A stretch of 64,000 bases of DNA from Zygnema circumcarinatum SAG 698-1b (lineage: Eukaryota; Plantae; Zygnematophyceae). The stretch spans positions 7,665,909 through 7,729,908 of the forward strand of contig CM074804.1 of NCBI GenBank assembly GCA_037447605.1. The letters run 5' to 3'. The notes under the pieces were generated by a model. The model was not told the origin of the DNA. It searched no databases and worked only from the letters and a program-made list of their open reading frames with translations. The position numbers and the translations under genes were made by a program. This document shows, piece after piece, positions 1 to 12,974 of the stretch. Every line of letters begins with the position of its first letter. Positions within the stretch are counted from its first letter, which is position 1.

Positions 1-1025
1 AGTGAGGAACATGGGGAAGAAGTTAACGAAAGGATCCATGGGGAATAAAAGGGTTCGAGAAGAGGAAGTCTCTGGAAGCAAGAAGGCACGACGCCTCAGC
101 AGCACTAGCAGCTGCAGTGAGGAGAGGGGGAGGGAGACACCGGGAGATTTAGGAAAGAAAAGGGCTCGAGAAGAGGAGCTATATGGAAGCAAGAAGACAC
201 AACGTCTCAACAGCAGCAGCAGCAGTAGCGAGAGGGTGGAGGACGAAGAAAGCGATGACGATTGTGTCATCCTCCCTGGAAACCCTACGGCGAAAAAGGA
301 CACCGCGGAGAAAGTGGAAGCCGCGGAGGCGAAACAAGGAGAGGACGACGACGAGGAGGACGTCGTCATATTGGGAGAAAAAGGACCGGTAAGTGGGGCT
401 TGGGTGGAGCTCTCGCTTCTTTACAGCATTTTAGACAAAGAGAGAGGGAGAGAGGGGGGTAGAGAGATCTAATCTTGCATGGGAGGGTGGAATCGGCAGG
501 TGGCGTGCCGCGATTTCGCGCACGCTCGTCATGACTGCATAAAGTTTAAGTTTAAGGCGTCCATCATCTCTGACCACCATCAGCACTGCGAGAAGGTAGG
601 GAATGTTCAAAAGTTGAAAAATGCTTGCTTTTTTTGTTTTTTTTGTTTTTTTGCTTTTTTTTTATATTATTTTTTTTTCATTTATTTTTTTTTTTTTTTT
701 TTTTTTTTAATAAATACTTATGTCTGTATTGGGATGTTCTGCGCAGTGCTTCTGCTACGTGTGCGACTGTCGCGCACCGTGCTCGGAGTGGCGGATTCAC
801 TGCCACGCTACCAACAAGGAGTTCCTTTGGAAGGCGCTTCGGACGGCTGCAAGGTATGCAAGGAATGGCGGCGTTGAGGAGGAAGAGGAGGAAGAGGAGG
901 AAGAGGACGACTGGGAGGGGGTTCCTATCATTCCTATCAAGGACATTCCGGTAGCAAAGGAGAAACTGGAGGAAAAAATAGTTGTAAAGATAGAGAAGGG
1001 AGAAGAGAAAGCGGAAGGAGGTTGA
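1..1025 (+). CDS. RPM1-interacting protein 13 (RIN13)-like Cys/His-rich protein, probably 5'-truncated by the window edge
   Basis: Exons <1-388, 500-595, 747-1025 joined by GT-AG introns give DVVILGEKGP|VACRDFAHARHDC...HCEK|CFCYVCDCRAPCSEWRIHCHA, the signature of this plant family. Confidence 0.7.
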
Positions 1026-1269
1026 GGCGAGCGATGACGACGACTGCGTCATCCTCCCTTCAAATCCCTTCGACTCGGATGCCGCGGAGGAGAAAAAATG
1101 CTAAGAGGAGGACGACACCTCGAAGGAAACTGAAATAGACTTCAAAAAAAGGTCTGACCCGGTGGCTGACACCGTAAAAGACCTGAATGTAGTAAAAGAG
1201 GAGGCTAAGGAGTGTTGATTTTCGGTAGAGTGACAGCGCTTGGGACGAGGGGCTGGGACGCATTTAGGT

Positions 1270-1936
<667 letters not shown>

Positions 1937-4080
1937 GAGAGAAAGAGAGGGCGGGAGGGGAGGGAGGAGGGGCAGGGGCGAGGGCGAGGGGCGAGGGCAA
2001 GGGCAAGGGGCGAGGGCAAGGGCGAGGAGGCGAGGGCGAGGGGCAAGGGCAAGGGCGACGAGGCGAGGCGAGGCAAGGGGGCAAGCGAGGGCAAGGGCGA
2101 GGGCAAGGGCGAGGGCAAGGGCAAGGGGGCAAGGGCGAGGGCAAGGCCGAGGGGCGAGGGGCGAGGGCAAGGCGAGGGCAAGGGGGCAAGGGCAAGGGCG
2201 AGCGAGGGCAAGGGCGAGGGCAAGGGCGAGGGCAAGGGGGCAAGGGCGAGGCAAGGGGGCAAGGGCAAGGGGCGAGGGGCGAGGCGAGCGAGGGGCAAGG
2301 GCAAGGGGCGAGGGCAAGGCGAGGGCAAGGCGACAAGCAAGGCAAGGGGGCAAGGGGCGAGGCGAGGCGAGGGGCGAGGGCAAGGGGGCGAGGGCGAGGG
2401 CGAGGCAAGGGGGCAAGGGGGCAAGCCAAGGGAGGCGAGCAAGGCGAGGCAAGGCGAGGGCGAGGGCCAAGCAAGGGGCAAGGGGGCAAGGGCAAGGCGA
2501 GGGGGGCGAGGCGAGGGCGAGGCGAGGGCAAGGCGAGGGCAAGGGCGAGGGCGAGGGCAAGGGCGAGGCGAGGGCAAGGGCGGGGGGCGAGGGCAAGGGC
2601 AAGGGGGCAAGGGGGCAAGGCAAGAGGGGGCGAGGGCAAGGGCAGGGGGGGCAAGGGCAAGGCGAGGGGCAAGGGGCAGAGGGCAAGGGGGCAAGGCAAG
2701 GGCAGGGGCGAGGGCAAGGGGGCAAGGGGGCGAGCAAGGGCGAGGGCGAGCAAGGGCAAGGCAAGGCAAGGGCAGGGGGCAAGGCAAGGCGAGGGCAAGG
2801 GCGAGGGCGCAGCGAGGGGCAAGGCGAGGGCAAGGGCGAGGGCGAGGGCAAGGCAAGGGCAAGGGCAAGGGCAAGGGGCAAGAGGGGGGGCAAGGGGGCA
2901 AGAGGGGGGGCAAGGGGGCAAGAGGGGGGGCAAGGGGGCAAGAGGGGGGGCAAGGGGAAGGCGAAAGGGAAAAGGGAAGGCGAAAGGGAAAAGGGGGCAG
3001 GGAAAAGGGAAAAGGGGGGAGGGAAAAGGGAAAAGGGTGGATGGGGGAGGGGGCAGGCGGCGAGGAGAGAAGGCGGGGAAGGGCGGGAAGAAAGCGGGCA
3101 AAGGCGGTAAGCGCAGTGCTGGGAGGGAAAAGGGAAAAGCGGGCGATGTGGAGGGGGCGCGGCGGCGAGGAGAGAAGGTGGAAGGGGAAGCGTGTAAAGC
3201 GTATCGGCGCGGAACAGGAAGTTCCGGACGGCCGGAAACAAGAAAACTGACGGCGGTGCGGAAGCGCTGGCGCAGCGTAAGCGGAAAGGCGGGTGCCGCG
3301 CGGTGCGGCGGCGCGGCGCAGGCGGCGGAAAGGGTATGCAGGAAAGGTAAGCGTATGCGGCGCGTGGAAAGCGGTGCGGGAAAGGGAAAAGGGTGCGCGG
3401 AAAGGGAAAGGGAGTGCGGGAAAGGGGAAAGGTGGAAAGCGGAAGGAAAGGGAGAAAGGGGAAAGGGGTGGGTGCTGAAAGGTGAGTGGCGGCATGGAAA
3501 GGGGAAAGTGTGTGGCGTGAAGTGGGGAAAGGGGAAAGGAAAGGGGAAAGGAAAGGGCGCGGGAGGCGTGAGCGGCGCAGCGGAAAGGGGAAAGGTGGGC
3601 GTAGCGCGAAAGTGGCGCGGAAGCGGAAAGTGCGCAGGCGTGGAAAGGGAAAGGGAAGTGTGAGCGTGGAAAGCGAGCGCAGGAAAGGGAAAGGTGGAAA
3701 GGTGGTGCGCAGGTGCGTGAAGTGGCATGTGTAAGTGTGAGTGGAAAGTGGTGCGGAAAGTGGAAAGGGAAAGGGAAAGGGGTGGAGGCGGAAAGGGGAA
3801 AGGGCGTGGAAAGGAAAGGTAAGCAGGAAAGGGGAAAGGAAAGGGGAAAGGTGGAAAGGTGGAAAGGGAAGGGAAAGTGGGAGCGTGCAGCGTAAGGGAA
3901 GCGTAAGGGAAAAGGCAGCGGCGCGTGCGCGGAAAGGGAAGTGGAAAGCGGTGGTGCGTGCAGTGGAAAGGGAAAGGGGAAAAGGGTGCGGGGAGCGGAA
4001 AGCGGGAAAGGGGAAAGGGGAAAGGGGAAAGGGGAAAGGAGAAACGAGAAAGGGGAAAGGGGAAAGGGGAAAGAGAGGTG
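1937..4080 (+). repeat. Degenerate purine-rich hexamer array: (GGGCGA/GGGCAA)n grading into (GGGAAA/GGTGGAAA)n
   Basis: No T seen between 1937 and 3037. Unit changes from GGGCRA to GGGAAA near 2960. Confidence 0.93.
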
Positions 4081-4849
4081 AGGTGAGGTGTAGACCTTCT
4101 TTGTCGCGTTCCCCTCCGTGTGTTCCCATAGCGTCCCTTGCGCAGGTTTAGTCGCTCGCAGGCTTGCAAAGGCAGCTTCCTTAAAAGAGACTTGATTTAG
4201 GAACAAGTACTCTTCTTCATTTTTGATCTTTTTTTTTGTGTCGCGCACTTTTTTTCGACATTAAAATGTGAGACCTATTTTATTTCAGTGATCTTTTTGC
4301 GCTCTTTCCCCCTCCCCCACACTTTTTCCTCCCCCTGTTTCTCTCCTACCTCTCTCTTCCTCTTTCCCCCTCCCCCCTCTCTCGCCATCTCCCAGTCCTT
4401 CACCCTCCCCCTCCCTCTCCTCTCTTATTTTCTCTCTCGCTGCCCCGACTTGCCATCCCGCACTCTCTCTCACTCTCAATGCACTGTTGGCCTCACAAGT
4501 TAAATTGGTCAGACGTAGCTGTTGATTGTTGATTGCAATGCAATGCAATGTTTGGAACAAACCCATTTGGGCCCATTTTTTTTTGTTGGCCCATTTTTGG
4601 CATTTTTTTTGCTGTGTATGCGCTTCGGTAGGCTTTGCAGCTTCATCTCATCGTCTGAGGAGAAGATCCCACATAATGGGCCTTCTCCTCAGGGATGTCC
4701 CGTTCTTTGAATTTCGGTGAAATATTGTACAACCGTTTGAGAAACTTTTTAAAAAATTGGAGGCTGCAGATAGTTGCATATTGCACAAAATTCTTCCTTC
4801 TCCTTTTACCAATTGCACTGGGAAGGCTCCTCCCTGAGCCACAATCAAT

Positions 4850-5130
4850 CAGCCCCTCCCAATTATTGCCAATGGTTGCAACCATTGGCTGGCTGCCCTG
4901 CCAACCATTGCCAATAACTGCAAGCATTCGACCATTGACCCCCGCTACACCCTACCATTGGATCCTATGGTTGCAACCATTGGCTAGCTGTCCTGCCAGC
5001 CATTGCCAATGACTGCAACCATTGGACCACTGATTCCCTCCCCACCCCACCATTGGATCCAATGGTTGGCTAGATCGGGAACCAACGGTTTTTAAATCGC
5101 GACCATTCCAATGGTTGATCCAACTCATGG
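4850..5130. repeat. CCAATGG/CCATTGG palindrome-rich dispersed repeat, copy 1 (two ~95-bp tandem units)
   Basis: Perfect palindromes GCCAATGGTTGCAACCATTGGC (4868-4889) and CCATTGGATCCAATGG (5050-5065). Inverted homolog at 26114-26360. Confidence 0.85.
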
Positions 5131-5175
5131 TCCGTCCAGCCCTTGGCCCGGAATGTGTTCGGCGACCCTTCGCGG

Positions 5176-5762
5176 ACGTCCGCGATTGGGCGAGCGTCGG
5201 CCGGGCAGCTGAAGTCCGGCCACGGGCAGATTGGAAATTGTTTTGGCTGCCCCAAGGGTGAAGCAAACGTCCGCGATTGGGCGTGCGTCGTCCGGGCAGC
5301 TGAAGGTTTGGTCCTGGGCAACCCTAAACTGTTTTCGGCTGCCCTGTCCTCGAAGCAAACGTCCGCGATTGGGTGAGCGTCGGTCGGGCAGCTCAAGTTT
5401 GGCTCCGGGCAGCATTCAAATGGTTTCTTCTGCCCTCCCAGGGAAATCAATCGTCCACGATTGGGCGAGCGGCGGCAGGGCAGCTGAAAATCTTTCTGGT
5501 CCTCCGTCGCCGCGATTCCGATCAGGGGCAGCCCACCTACGGCGCGTCCCGTCACGTCGCGCGCACCGTACGGCAGCATTCACCCACGGCGGTGGCGCCA
5601 CCTGTCCGTCCATAAAGTTGTATCCACAGGGAAGATGATGTAGGCGCACGGCCCGCCATTTTGGGCCACACCTCGCACGTCCGGGCAGCTCGCTGCCAAA
5701 CTTGAGCTGCCCGGCCGACTCTCGCCCAATCGCGGACGCTTGCTTCACGTATAGGGCAGCCT
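5176..5762. repeat. ~92-bp tandem repeat (about 3.5 units) plus one inverted unit; foldback/MITE-like
   Basis: Core CGTCCGCGATTGGGCGAGCGTCGGCCGGGCAGCTGAAG at about 5177, 5268, 5360 and 5452. Reverse-complement copy at about 5695-5762. Confidence 0.85.
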
Positions 5763-6772
5763 GTTATCCCCCCCCCACCCTCTGTCCCCCTCTCGTCACC
5801 CTCCAGTCCCGTCCTCCCATCCTTCCTTCCTCGCTTTTCTTGTTAACATCTTGCACCTTGAGGTCGAGTTTAAATTTCCTTGCAATTCCAGTTCTGCTCA
5901 AATAGGGTATGTCACCTTGTCCGATGCTTTACCAGTGCCATTTCTTACGTTTACCTCGGCCCATCTAGTGCATCGGCCCGAGCATGTTATGTCTTTTCCT
6001 TAAGGAAACTTGCAAGAGCAAGACGTGCAGCGTACAGGACGCAGCCTATACGAGCCTACACAGGGCAGAGTTTGGCAGTGCGTGAGATAAAATGGAGGAG
6101 ACTGCGTGCATGAATGCACGAAAATATGTCAGAACGCCATAGCGTCCGCAGTCATAGCTGTTTTGCAGTAGGCAGAGCACTCCACTGACCGCAGGAAACA
6201 TCCGTCCTTTCGAGCCAACTGTAAAACTACATTTTCAACTGCAAACGGGACACAGGCGGGCAGTACTGGTCCTTAATTAACACGGATCGCAGCAAGCCAC
6301 CCAGAGGGTAGCACCTAGTGTTCCCATGCGCCGTCTGAAAGGCAGTCCTCAACTTTGTGCACATGAATTTCATCGTCAAATTCATGTAGACTCAAACTGA
6401 CAGACCATCCCACTATGACATTCCCCAAGTACATGAACCAACCCACTGCCCAAAAAGGAGCTCGCGTCGCCAGTCGAAACATACAGAATCCATTAACATC
6501 CATTTTGGATCAATTCCGAGACCAAGTTGATACTCCGATTCTACTTTACAGGCCCCAACTCTGCTAAAACTTGAAACCTTTCTCATCCTCTGCCCTGTTA
6601 CAGCACCTCCTATTGCAGCCTCTGCGAATATGTACAGCCTAAGGAAAAACAGAGTCACAAGGGAAGGGAGTGCTGTAACAAACGTGTATAGGCGTCCCCA
6701 CTATTCCTGAACACTGTGCTCAGGCATTCCCTCTCCAGCAACTATACTTTTGAACATGGGGCAATGGAAGAA

Positions 6773-8990
6773 CTAAAGAACAGAGTACACATTTTCTAAA
6801 GACCCTTCAACTCGTGGCAAGACCGAAATGCGGCATGCGCGACCCTCAAGGAGAGTGGAGATGTTCTGCAGCGTAGACTCCGGCACATATCCCAGACTCA
6901 GTCGAATTTCCTGCAGCCATCCGCATGCCTCAACGACTGGCAGGAGGCCATGGCCCTTCACCTCCGAGCAGAAGGCGAGGTCCAGGCTTTGAAGTCTGGA
7001 ACAGTTTGCAAGAGCTTCAACTCCATCATCCGCTACACGGGTAAAGGGAAGCCCGAGGTGCCGCAGAAGAGGACAGCCTTTGCTAACTGACATAACGCCC
7101 TCATCAGACACTGCAGTACATCTGCAGCGGCAAAAAATAAAATAGCTCGTTACATGATGCTCTGAAGCTATAAAATAGTTTTTGGACTGCACGGATGGAG
7201 GTACCACACTATACTTACATATCTGCCCATTCACGGATTGGGTTTGCTAAATAAAAAACAGCATGATGTTTCACAACAAAAGATTTACAAGCAATTTAAG
7301 GCAAGAAAAACTCGATCGAAACGAATCTTACATACATCGATTGCAGAGTAAAGGGTTTGATAAAGCAAGAACGGCCTTACCCTCCCATAATGAGGCTCTC
7401 CAATGTTGGCACCATTGCTGGCGCACACATTCCCATCAAAAGAACACATTTTACAAGTGACAGGTGCCGGAGGCTTGGCAATCCTCGAACAATGGCTACA
7501 AGACTGCTATCGTCAATATTCGTGTAGCTCAGATCGAGTGTTTCCAAGGCACTGCAAGTGGCGATTGTTGACAGTCCCGACGACGTGAAACCAGAGCAGT
7601 GCGAGATATTCAAATTTCGCAAATTCATGCAGCTTGCTGTCAACATCTGCAGGCCTGCATCTCCGACGGCTCGTGACCATGCGAGGGATACTTTTTCCAG
7701 ATTGCGGCATCTTCCTGCAAGGGCGCTTAAGCCTTTGTTGGTAATGCTGCAAGAGGAGAGATGCAATGCCGTCATTTTGGAGCAGTAAGCCAGGGATTCC
7801 AGAGCGAAGTCTGTAATACGATCAGAGCGAAGGCTCAGGCTTCTCATGTTGGGAGCCTTGGAAGCAATAGCCATAATGGCCGCATCTCCCACTAACGAGA
7901 ATATTTGCGGCCAGCTGGTCAGATCCAGAGAAGTAAGCTGCGTATTTACAGACAATACCTCTGCAAGATCTGCCTCTATGCTGCGTGTTTCATCCTCCAA
8001 AGTGAGGATCTTTAGAGAAGAGCATAAAGACAAGGAGAGAAGGCCTCGTCGAGAAAACCCTCGTCCCCTCAACTTCACATCTTCCAGAGCTATACAGTTT
8101 CGGGCTAGAGTGTCCAGCAGCAGGTCCACATTGGTCCAATCGCTGCCACTCTTTAGCCCTACCTCCAAATGCCGCAAACGAGTGCATTCAGGTTTTCCTT
8201 GGCCTAATTCCGCTAGAGTAAATCTCATCTTTCCCAGAAGAGTGAGTGATGTCAGGCTCGGGCAGTTCAGAATCATTCCGACGCAGCTCTCATCGAGAAA
8301 GGTACAGTTGTCGAGCACCAACGTCTCCAAGCCAATAAGGCTGCCACCGATCAAAGCGCTGAAGCCTCTGTGGCTGATGAATTCTTGCCTGTCCCTCACA
8401 TTCCCCTCGTCCAAATCCAAGCTGGAATGCAACCTCCCTATCCGTGACAAACTCAGCTCTCGCAGACGGGTACAACCTTTTCCTAACGCAATCAATCCGC
8501 CATCTCCAACTTGCCTCAATCCCTTCAAATGAAGCTGCTCCAGCATCTTCAACTCCCCTAGAGCTTCCAAACCTTTATTGGTTATCGTCTGGTGAGAATC
8601 AAAAGGAAGCTCTATATTCAACTGTAGCAAGCCGGGCAAGCGCTCTGTTATAAACTGCAGATCGCCATCCGTGACAAGTAACCACGGACAGACCGACAAA
8701 GCCAGACCAAGGCTAATCGACGTGATTCTCTGAAACCTCTCCAGCAACTGCTGCAATTTTTTTGAGTTTCGACAGCTAATTTTCCGAACATAGGCATCCA
8801 CTGCCTCTTTCAAGAGCCGGCTGGTCCTGCATACGGCGTCCAGATCGAGAGGGTCCTCTATGTAGTGCAGAATATTGGAAAAAAGACTGGGATTGAACAA
8901 CACTTGCTCCGCTGCAGATATTTGAGCGGAAGAAGCAGAAGACGAAGGAGGAGAAGAAGAGGAGACGATCTCAAGGGCCGTCTCAGCCAT
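6773..8990 (-). CDS. F-box/LRR-repeat (FBXL, RNI-like) protein
   Basis: Exons 8990-7381 and 7121-6773 (GT-AG, phase 2). N-terminal F-box-like segment LFSNILHYIEDPLDLDAVCRTSR followed by many cysteine-containing LRRs (e.g. LRNLNISHCSGFTSSGL). Confidence 0.85.
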
Positions 8991-9509
8991 AGCCAAGGAG
9001 TCAACACTAGATGACAGTTGTCGATTTTAGGAGATCAATGGAGGATCTAGTACCCTCGCAGCTCTTATGATAAAATTTTGGCTCAATGCGCTGCTCCAGC
9101 TTGATGAAAAGACTAAAATTGGCACTGGGAAGGACGTGGGAGTCAGGTACGCTGAACAAATGTGAAGCCTTCCCCAGCACGTTGCATTTGCACGATCTAA
9201 AAAAATTTACAAACCGCAATGAGATACCTGCAAAGGTACTACACATTCAAGCAAGACTGCATTCCCCGTGCCGCAGCTTCCAGAGTTGCCAAACACATCC
9301 TTGAAGCTCGTTCGTCACAACAGCTCAACATTCCCTCTATATGCTTCCACATTTCACCGTGATCCAACCTATTTTCGGCCCTTCCCACCTCGAAGCCATG
9401 GTAACATTTCCCTCGATTCTCCGACCACGGTGAGCTTCCCATGGCTGCCCTCTCCCTCTCGCTCTCCCTCTCCCTCCCCCTCCCCCTCCCCCTCCCGCTA
9501 CCTTTCCGG

Positions 9510-9683
9510 CCGTACACTCCGTACATTTCATACGGTACGAACCGTACATCTAGCATCGGAACCGTACCATACGGCATTTATGAAACCGAAGGACGGTACG
9601 AAATGGACGTACGGAGGACAAGTAAATAAGGTTACAGTACAGTAATCAACTTAACAACGTAACGACCGTTGAACTGTGTACGG
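9510..9683. promoter_or_regulatory. GTAC/CCGTAC motif cluster in the divergent F-box/MurF promoter
   Basis: 9 GTAC cores in ~175 bp, most as CCGTAC or GTACG(G). Confidence 0.5.
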
Positions 9684-10091
9684 CATGTTCATGGACCTGG
9701 ATGGTGGATCTTTGGATGGTGGATCGGAAATGGTTGATCCACTGAGTGGCTTTGGCAGGGAAGGGGAGGGCAGCTTTCCAGCCATGGCGGAGGGCGCAGA
9801 TGGAAGGGAGCCTCCTGCATCTGAAACCCTCAGGGAGCCATGAACGGATGCGGGAGAGAAGAGGAGCTCGGAAGCCATGGCCATGGCGCACGTCTCATGT
9901 CATGTGTAGCGGCAGTTCAAGGTTTGTGCGGTGCAGTGCAGCAGTGAACTGCTTCAATTGTCCTTTCTCCGGCAGGGATGGTGGCGGCACAGGGGTTGGG
10001 ACATTACAGGGGAGATATTTCCTTGTGTGGAATGACGAATGATTTATTCCAAAAATCAGCAGGATTGGTTCAAGACTTCCAGAAATTGGCT

Positions 10092-12545
10092 ATGTTTTCT
10101 CGTGTTTTGAGTCGTTCCGAACGTTTGGTCGTCGCTATTGGGCAGCTAAGGAGGCCCTCCAGCCTGCAATGTACCTCCTCTAGAACTCGGCAGGAGATGT
10201 GCAGCAGAAATTCGAGCATTTCGTGTAGACGTATGCGGTTTATCGTAAAAAAAGGGAGCCCTGTTTCTGCATTCGCATCGGAAAATCTGCATTCGAGCTA
10301 CAGAAATTCAGCGGCATTTTCTGAAACCATGGCCCCTGAACCACCGTCTGGTGCTCCGGCTGTCGGAGCAGTGTTGAGTCCCTCGGACATTACGCAAGCG
10401 ACCGGAGGACTTCTTGTAACTGCTGGGCCGGCTGGCTGCATCTGCACAGACACCAGAAAATTGAAGCAAGGCGATTGGTTCCTTGCTTTAGAAGGCCCAA
10501 ACTTTAATGGCCATGATTTCCTTGAAAGCGCAGCTCAGGCAGGTTGTGTCGGAGCGATCGGAAGAGTGGTACCGTCTGGCTGGTCGAGAGGGTTTGTTAG
10601 GGTTCCCGACACACTAGCAGCGCTGCAGGATCTTGCAAGACAAGTGAGGATCAAGTTTTTGGGGCCGGTAGTGGCAATTACAGGCAGCTCTGGAAAAACG
10701 ACAACGAGAGCCATGACTGGTTTGGCGCTGGAGAGCCTTGGACATGTGCATCAGGTAGGATTTTATTTTTTTTGTATTCGTTCTTCACATGCTTAACCTA
10801 TATAATATATGGGAAACACTTGATATTGTGAATAAGGACTTTGTGTTGGGATTGCATTCAGCCGTTCAGCTTTTTGTTTTGTTGAACTTGTCTCTCTATT
10901 CACGATGGCCTGCCTCTCTGAAAGACATTGGGTTGTCTGCTTTGCGACAGACAGCCGGAAACCTGAACAACCACGTTGGGGTACCGTTGACACTGCTAGG
11001 TGAGTCTACACATTCAGTGATTGCAGTTGTGCAATTTTGCTGACTGATGATGGCTGTCAATAGCACTGTTAATGGCTTTATACACTTCCATACGCTCACG
11101 CTTTGGCATATTATCAGTGCTTACTTTCTTTGCGTGCTGATTAGAACTGATCAATCAAATGGTGCAAAGAAGGTAATCGTCTCTGGGTTTGATATTGTAT
11201 CTGCAGCTATGTCCAAAGGCTCATCCGCTTGTGTCCTCGAACTCGGCATGAACCATTCAGGAGAGATCGCTCAATTGGCAGAAATTGCGATCCCTTCAGT
11301 GAGAGTGGTTCTGAATGTGGGTAAAGTTCACTTGGAAGGCCTCGGTTCAGTTGAAGGAGTGGCTCGGGCGAAGGGCGAGTTACTTGTGTCTGCCCAGCCG
11401 GGAGATATTTGTGTGATCAATGCTGATGACCCGCTGGTTGCATCACTGCCAATTCCAGCCGGAGTGAAAGTGGTGAGTCTCTCCAATCTGTTTGAACGTT
11501 TGGTCTTTTTCATGGCTGATAATTTTTTCTGCGACTCCTTGGCAGCAGTAAACTTACTTCAAATTGGGTTCTATGCTCATCCCTATCATATCTCCACTGT
11601 TTCATAACTTACACCTGGCTCCACAGTCGTTATGCTCTATCTCTTGAAGGAGTGCGAACTGAAGGGTTTCGTCTCTTGTGCCGCCTTCCTGATGGCAATC
11701 AGGTACGCTTTGGAACGGAGGACGGATGTGATGTGCGCCTCGTAGATGTTGAGACAACAAAGAGAGGCTTTGCTGTGAAGGCCACTATACAAACAAGAGA
11801 TCTGAATCCTCAGACTGCAACCATAGAGATACAAAGTCCGGGGACCCACTTGGCTCTGAATGCCTGTGCAGCGGCAGCCATAGCTGTGTCACTCGGGGTG
11901 CCCTTGCAGGCAGCAGTCAACTCCATTGCGAAGTATGTGCCTGTGGGTCAGAGACTGAAAGTGGAGGAAATAGCAACTTCATCAACCCTAAAATCCGCAG
12001 AGTTTGGAGGTGGAGAATGTGAGCATGGCAGTCTTTTCGTCATCAACGACACGTACAATGCGAACCCAATGAGTGTGAATGCAGCCTTAGAGCTTTTGGC
12101 GACTTTGGACTGCCCTTCTGGAAATAGGATTGCCCTCCTTGGAGACATGCTGGAGCTGGGTGAAGACACAGAATCCTGCCACGTGGCAGTCCTGGAGAGA
12201 TGCAGGGATTTGGGCATTGAGTCGCTGGGTCTTGTAGGGAAGGCATTTGTAGCGGCCCATGAGCGGATGAGGGAGCTTGGTGTTCAGAACGAGGCTGTTC
12301 GGTGGACTGCGGATGATTTGCAGGGCTTTGTTTTCTCTGCTAGAGAGCATTTGAAGGTGGGGGATGTGGTTCTGGTGAAAGGCAGTCGCGGAATGCGCAT
12401 GGAAACACTTGTTGAACTGATTAAGGAGGATTTTGAGATGAAGCTGTACAGCTTGGGGGCTCCTGTTGTGCTTTTTCTTCATGTTTATTATGGTTTAGAG
12501 TCTGGTGATTTCCAGATGTTTGAGGGTGCTGAGCCTGTGACTTAA
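10092..12545 (+). CDS. murF: UDP-N-acetylmuramoyl-tripeptide--D-alanyl-D-alanine ligase, probably plastid-targeted
   Basis: Exons ~10092-10754, 10951-10999, 11207-11472, 11703-12545. Motifs AITGSSGKTTT, GNLNNHVGVP, VLELGMNHSGEI, INDTYNANPMS, LLGDMLELG, LVKGSRGMRME. Ser/Arg-rich N-terminal extension. Start codon uncertain (9978, 10032 or 10092). Confidence 0.95.
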
Positions 12546-12974
12546 CATCGCCATCTTTTGAGGGTCTCGCTGAGGAGGCAAGCACACAACTCACAGAAGC
12601 CAAACTTCATTTAGCCACCAAAAAGGTAATCATCTACGTTCTCTTATTTCTGTGGCTACAAAGATCCAACAACAAAAGAATGCATTTTTTATTTCTTTTG
12701 ACAATGTCCTATTTTTTCCGTTCAGCATGATGGGACCCTCGGATGCCTCACGCTGGGGCCTCTCCCCAGACTTTCCCCCTGGAGCCGGACAGACGGTCGT
12801 TTTGAGCCAAGCTTTTTCTCCTCGTGGCTAACAAAAACTTAGCGCCATTATACTCAACACAAAAAAAAAAAAAAAAAAACGAAGTAACGCCGTTTGTCAC
12901 ATACAAGTCATGCCATGCCTCATTTTCAGGAAGTACCGGAAGATCTGAAGCTTAGTCCGGAAGTGCTCCTAGAC

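Noticed and set aside
628-708. Poly-Phe transmembrane-looking ORFs
   Set aside because: T-rich intron 596-746 of the RIN13-like gene.
5176-5490. CRISPR-like repeat/spacer appearance
   Set aside because: The linkers are homologous to one another, the repeats are degenerate, the context is eukaryotic and no cas genes are present.
7846-8532. 228-aa plus-strand ORF
   Set aside because: Antisense shadow of the LRR exon with no recognisable motifs.
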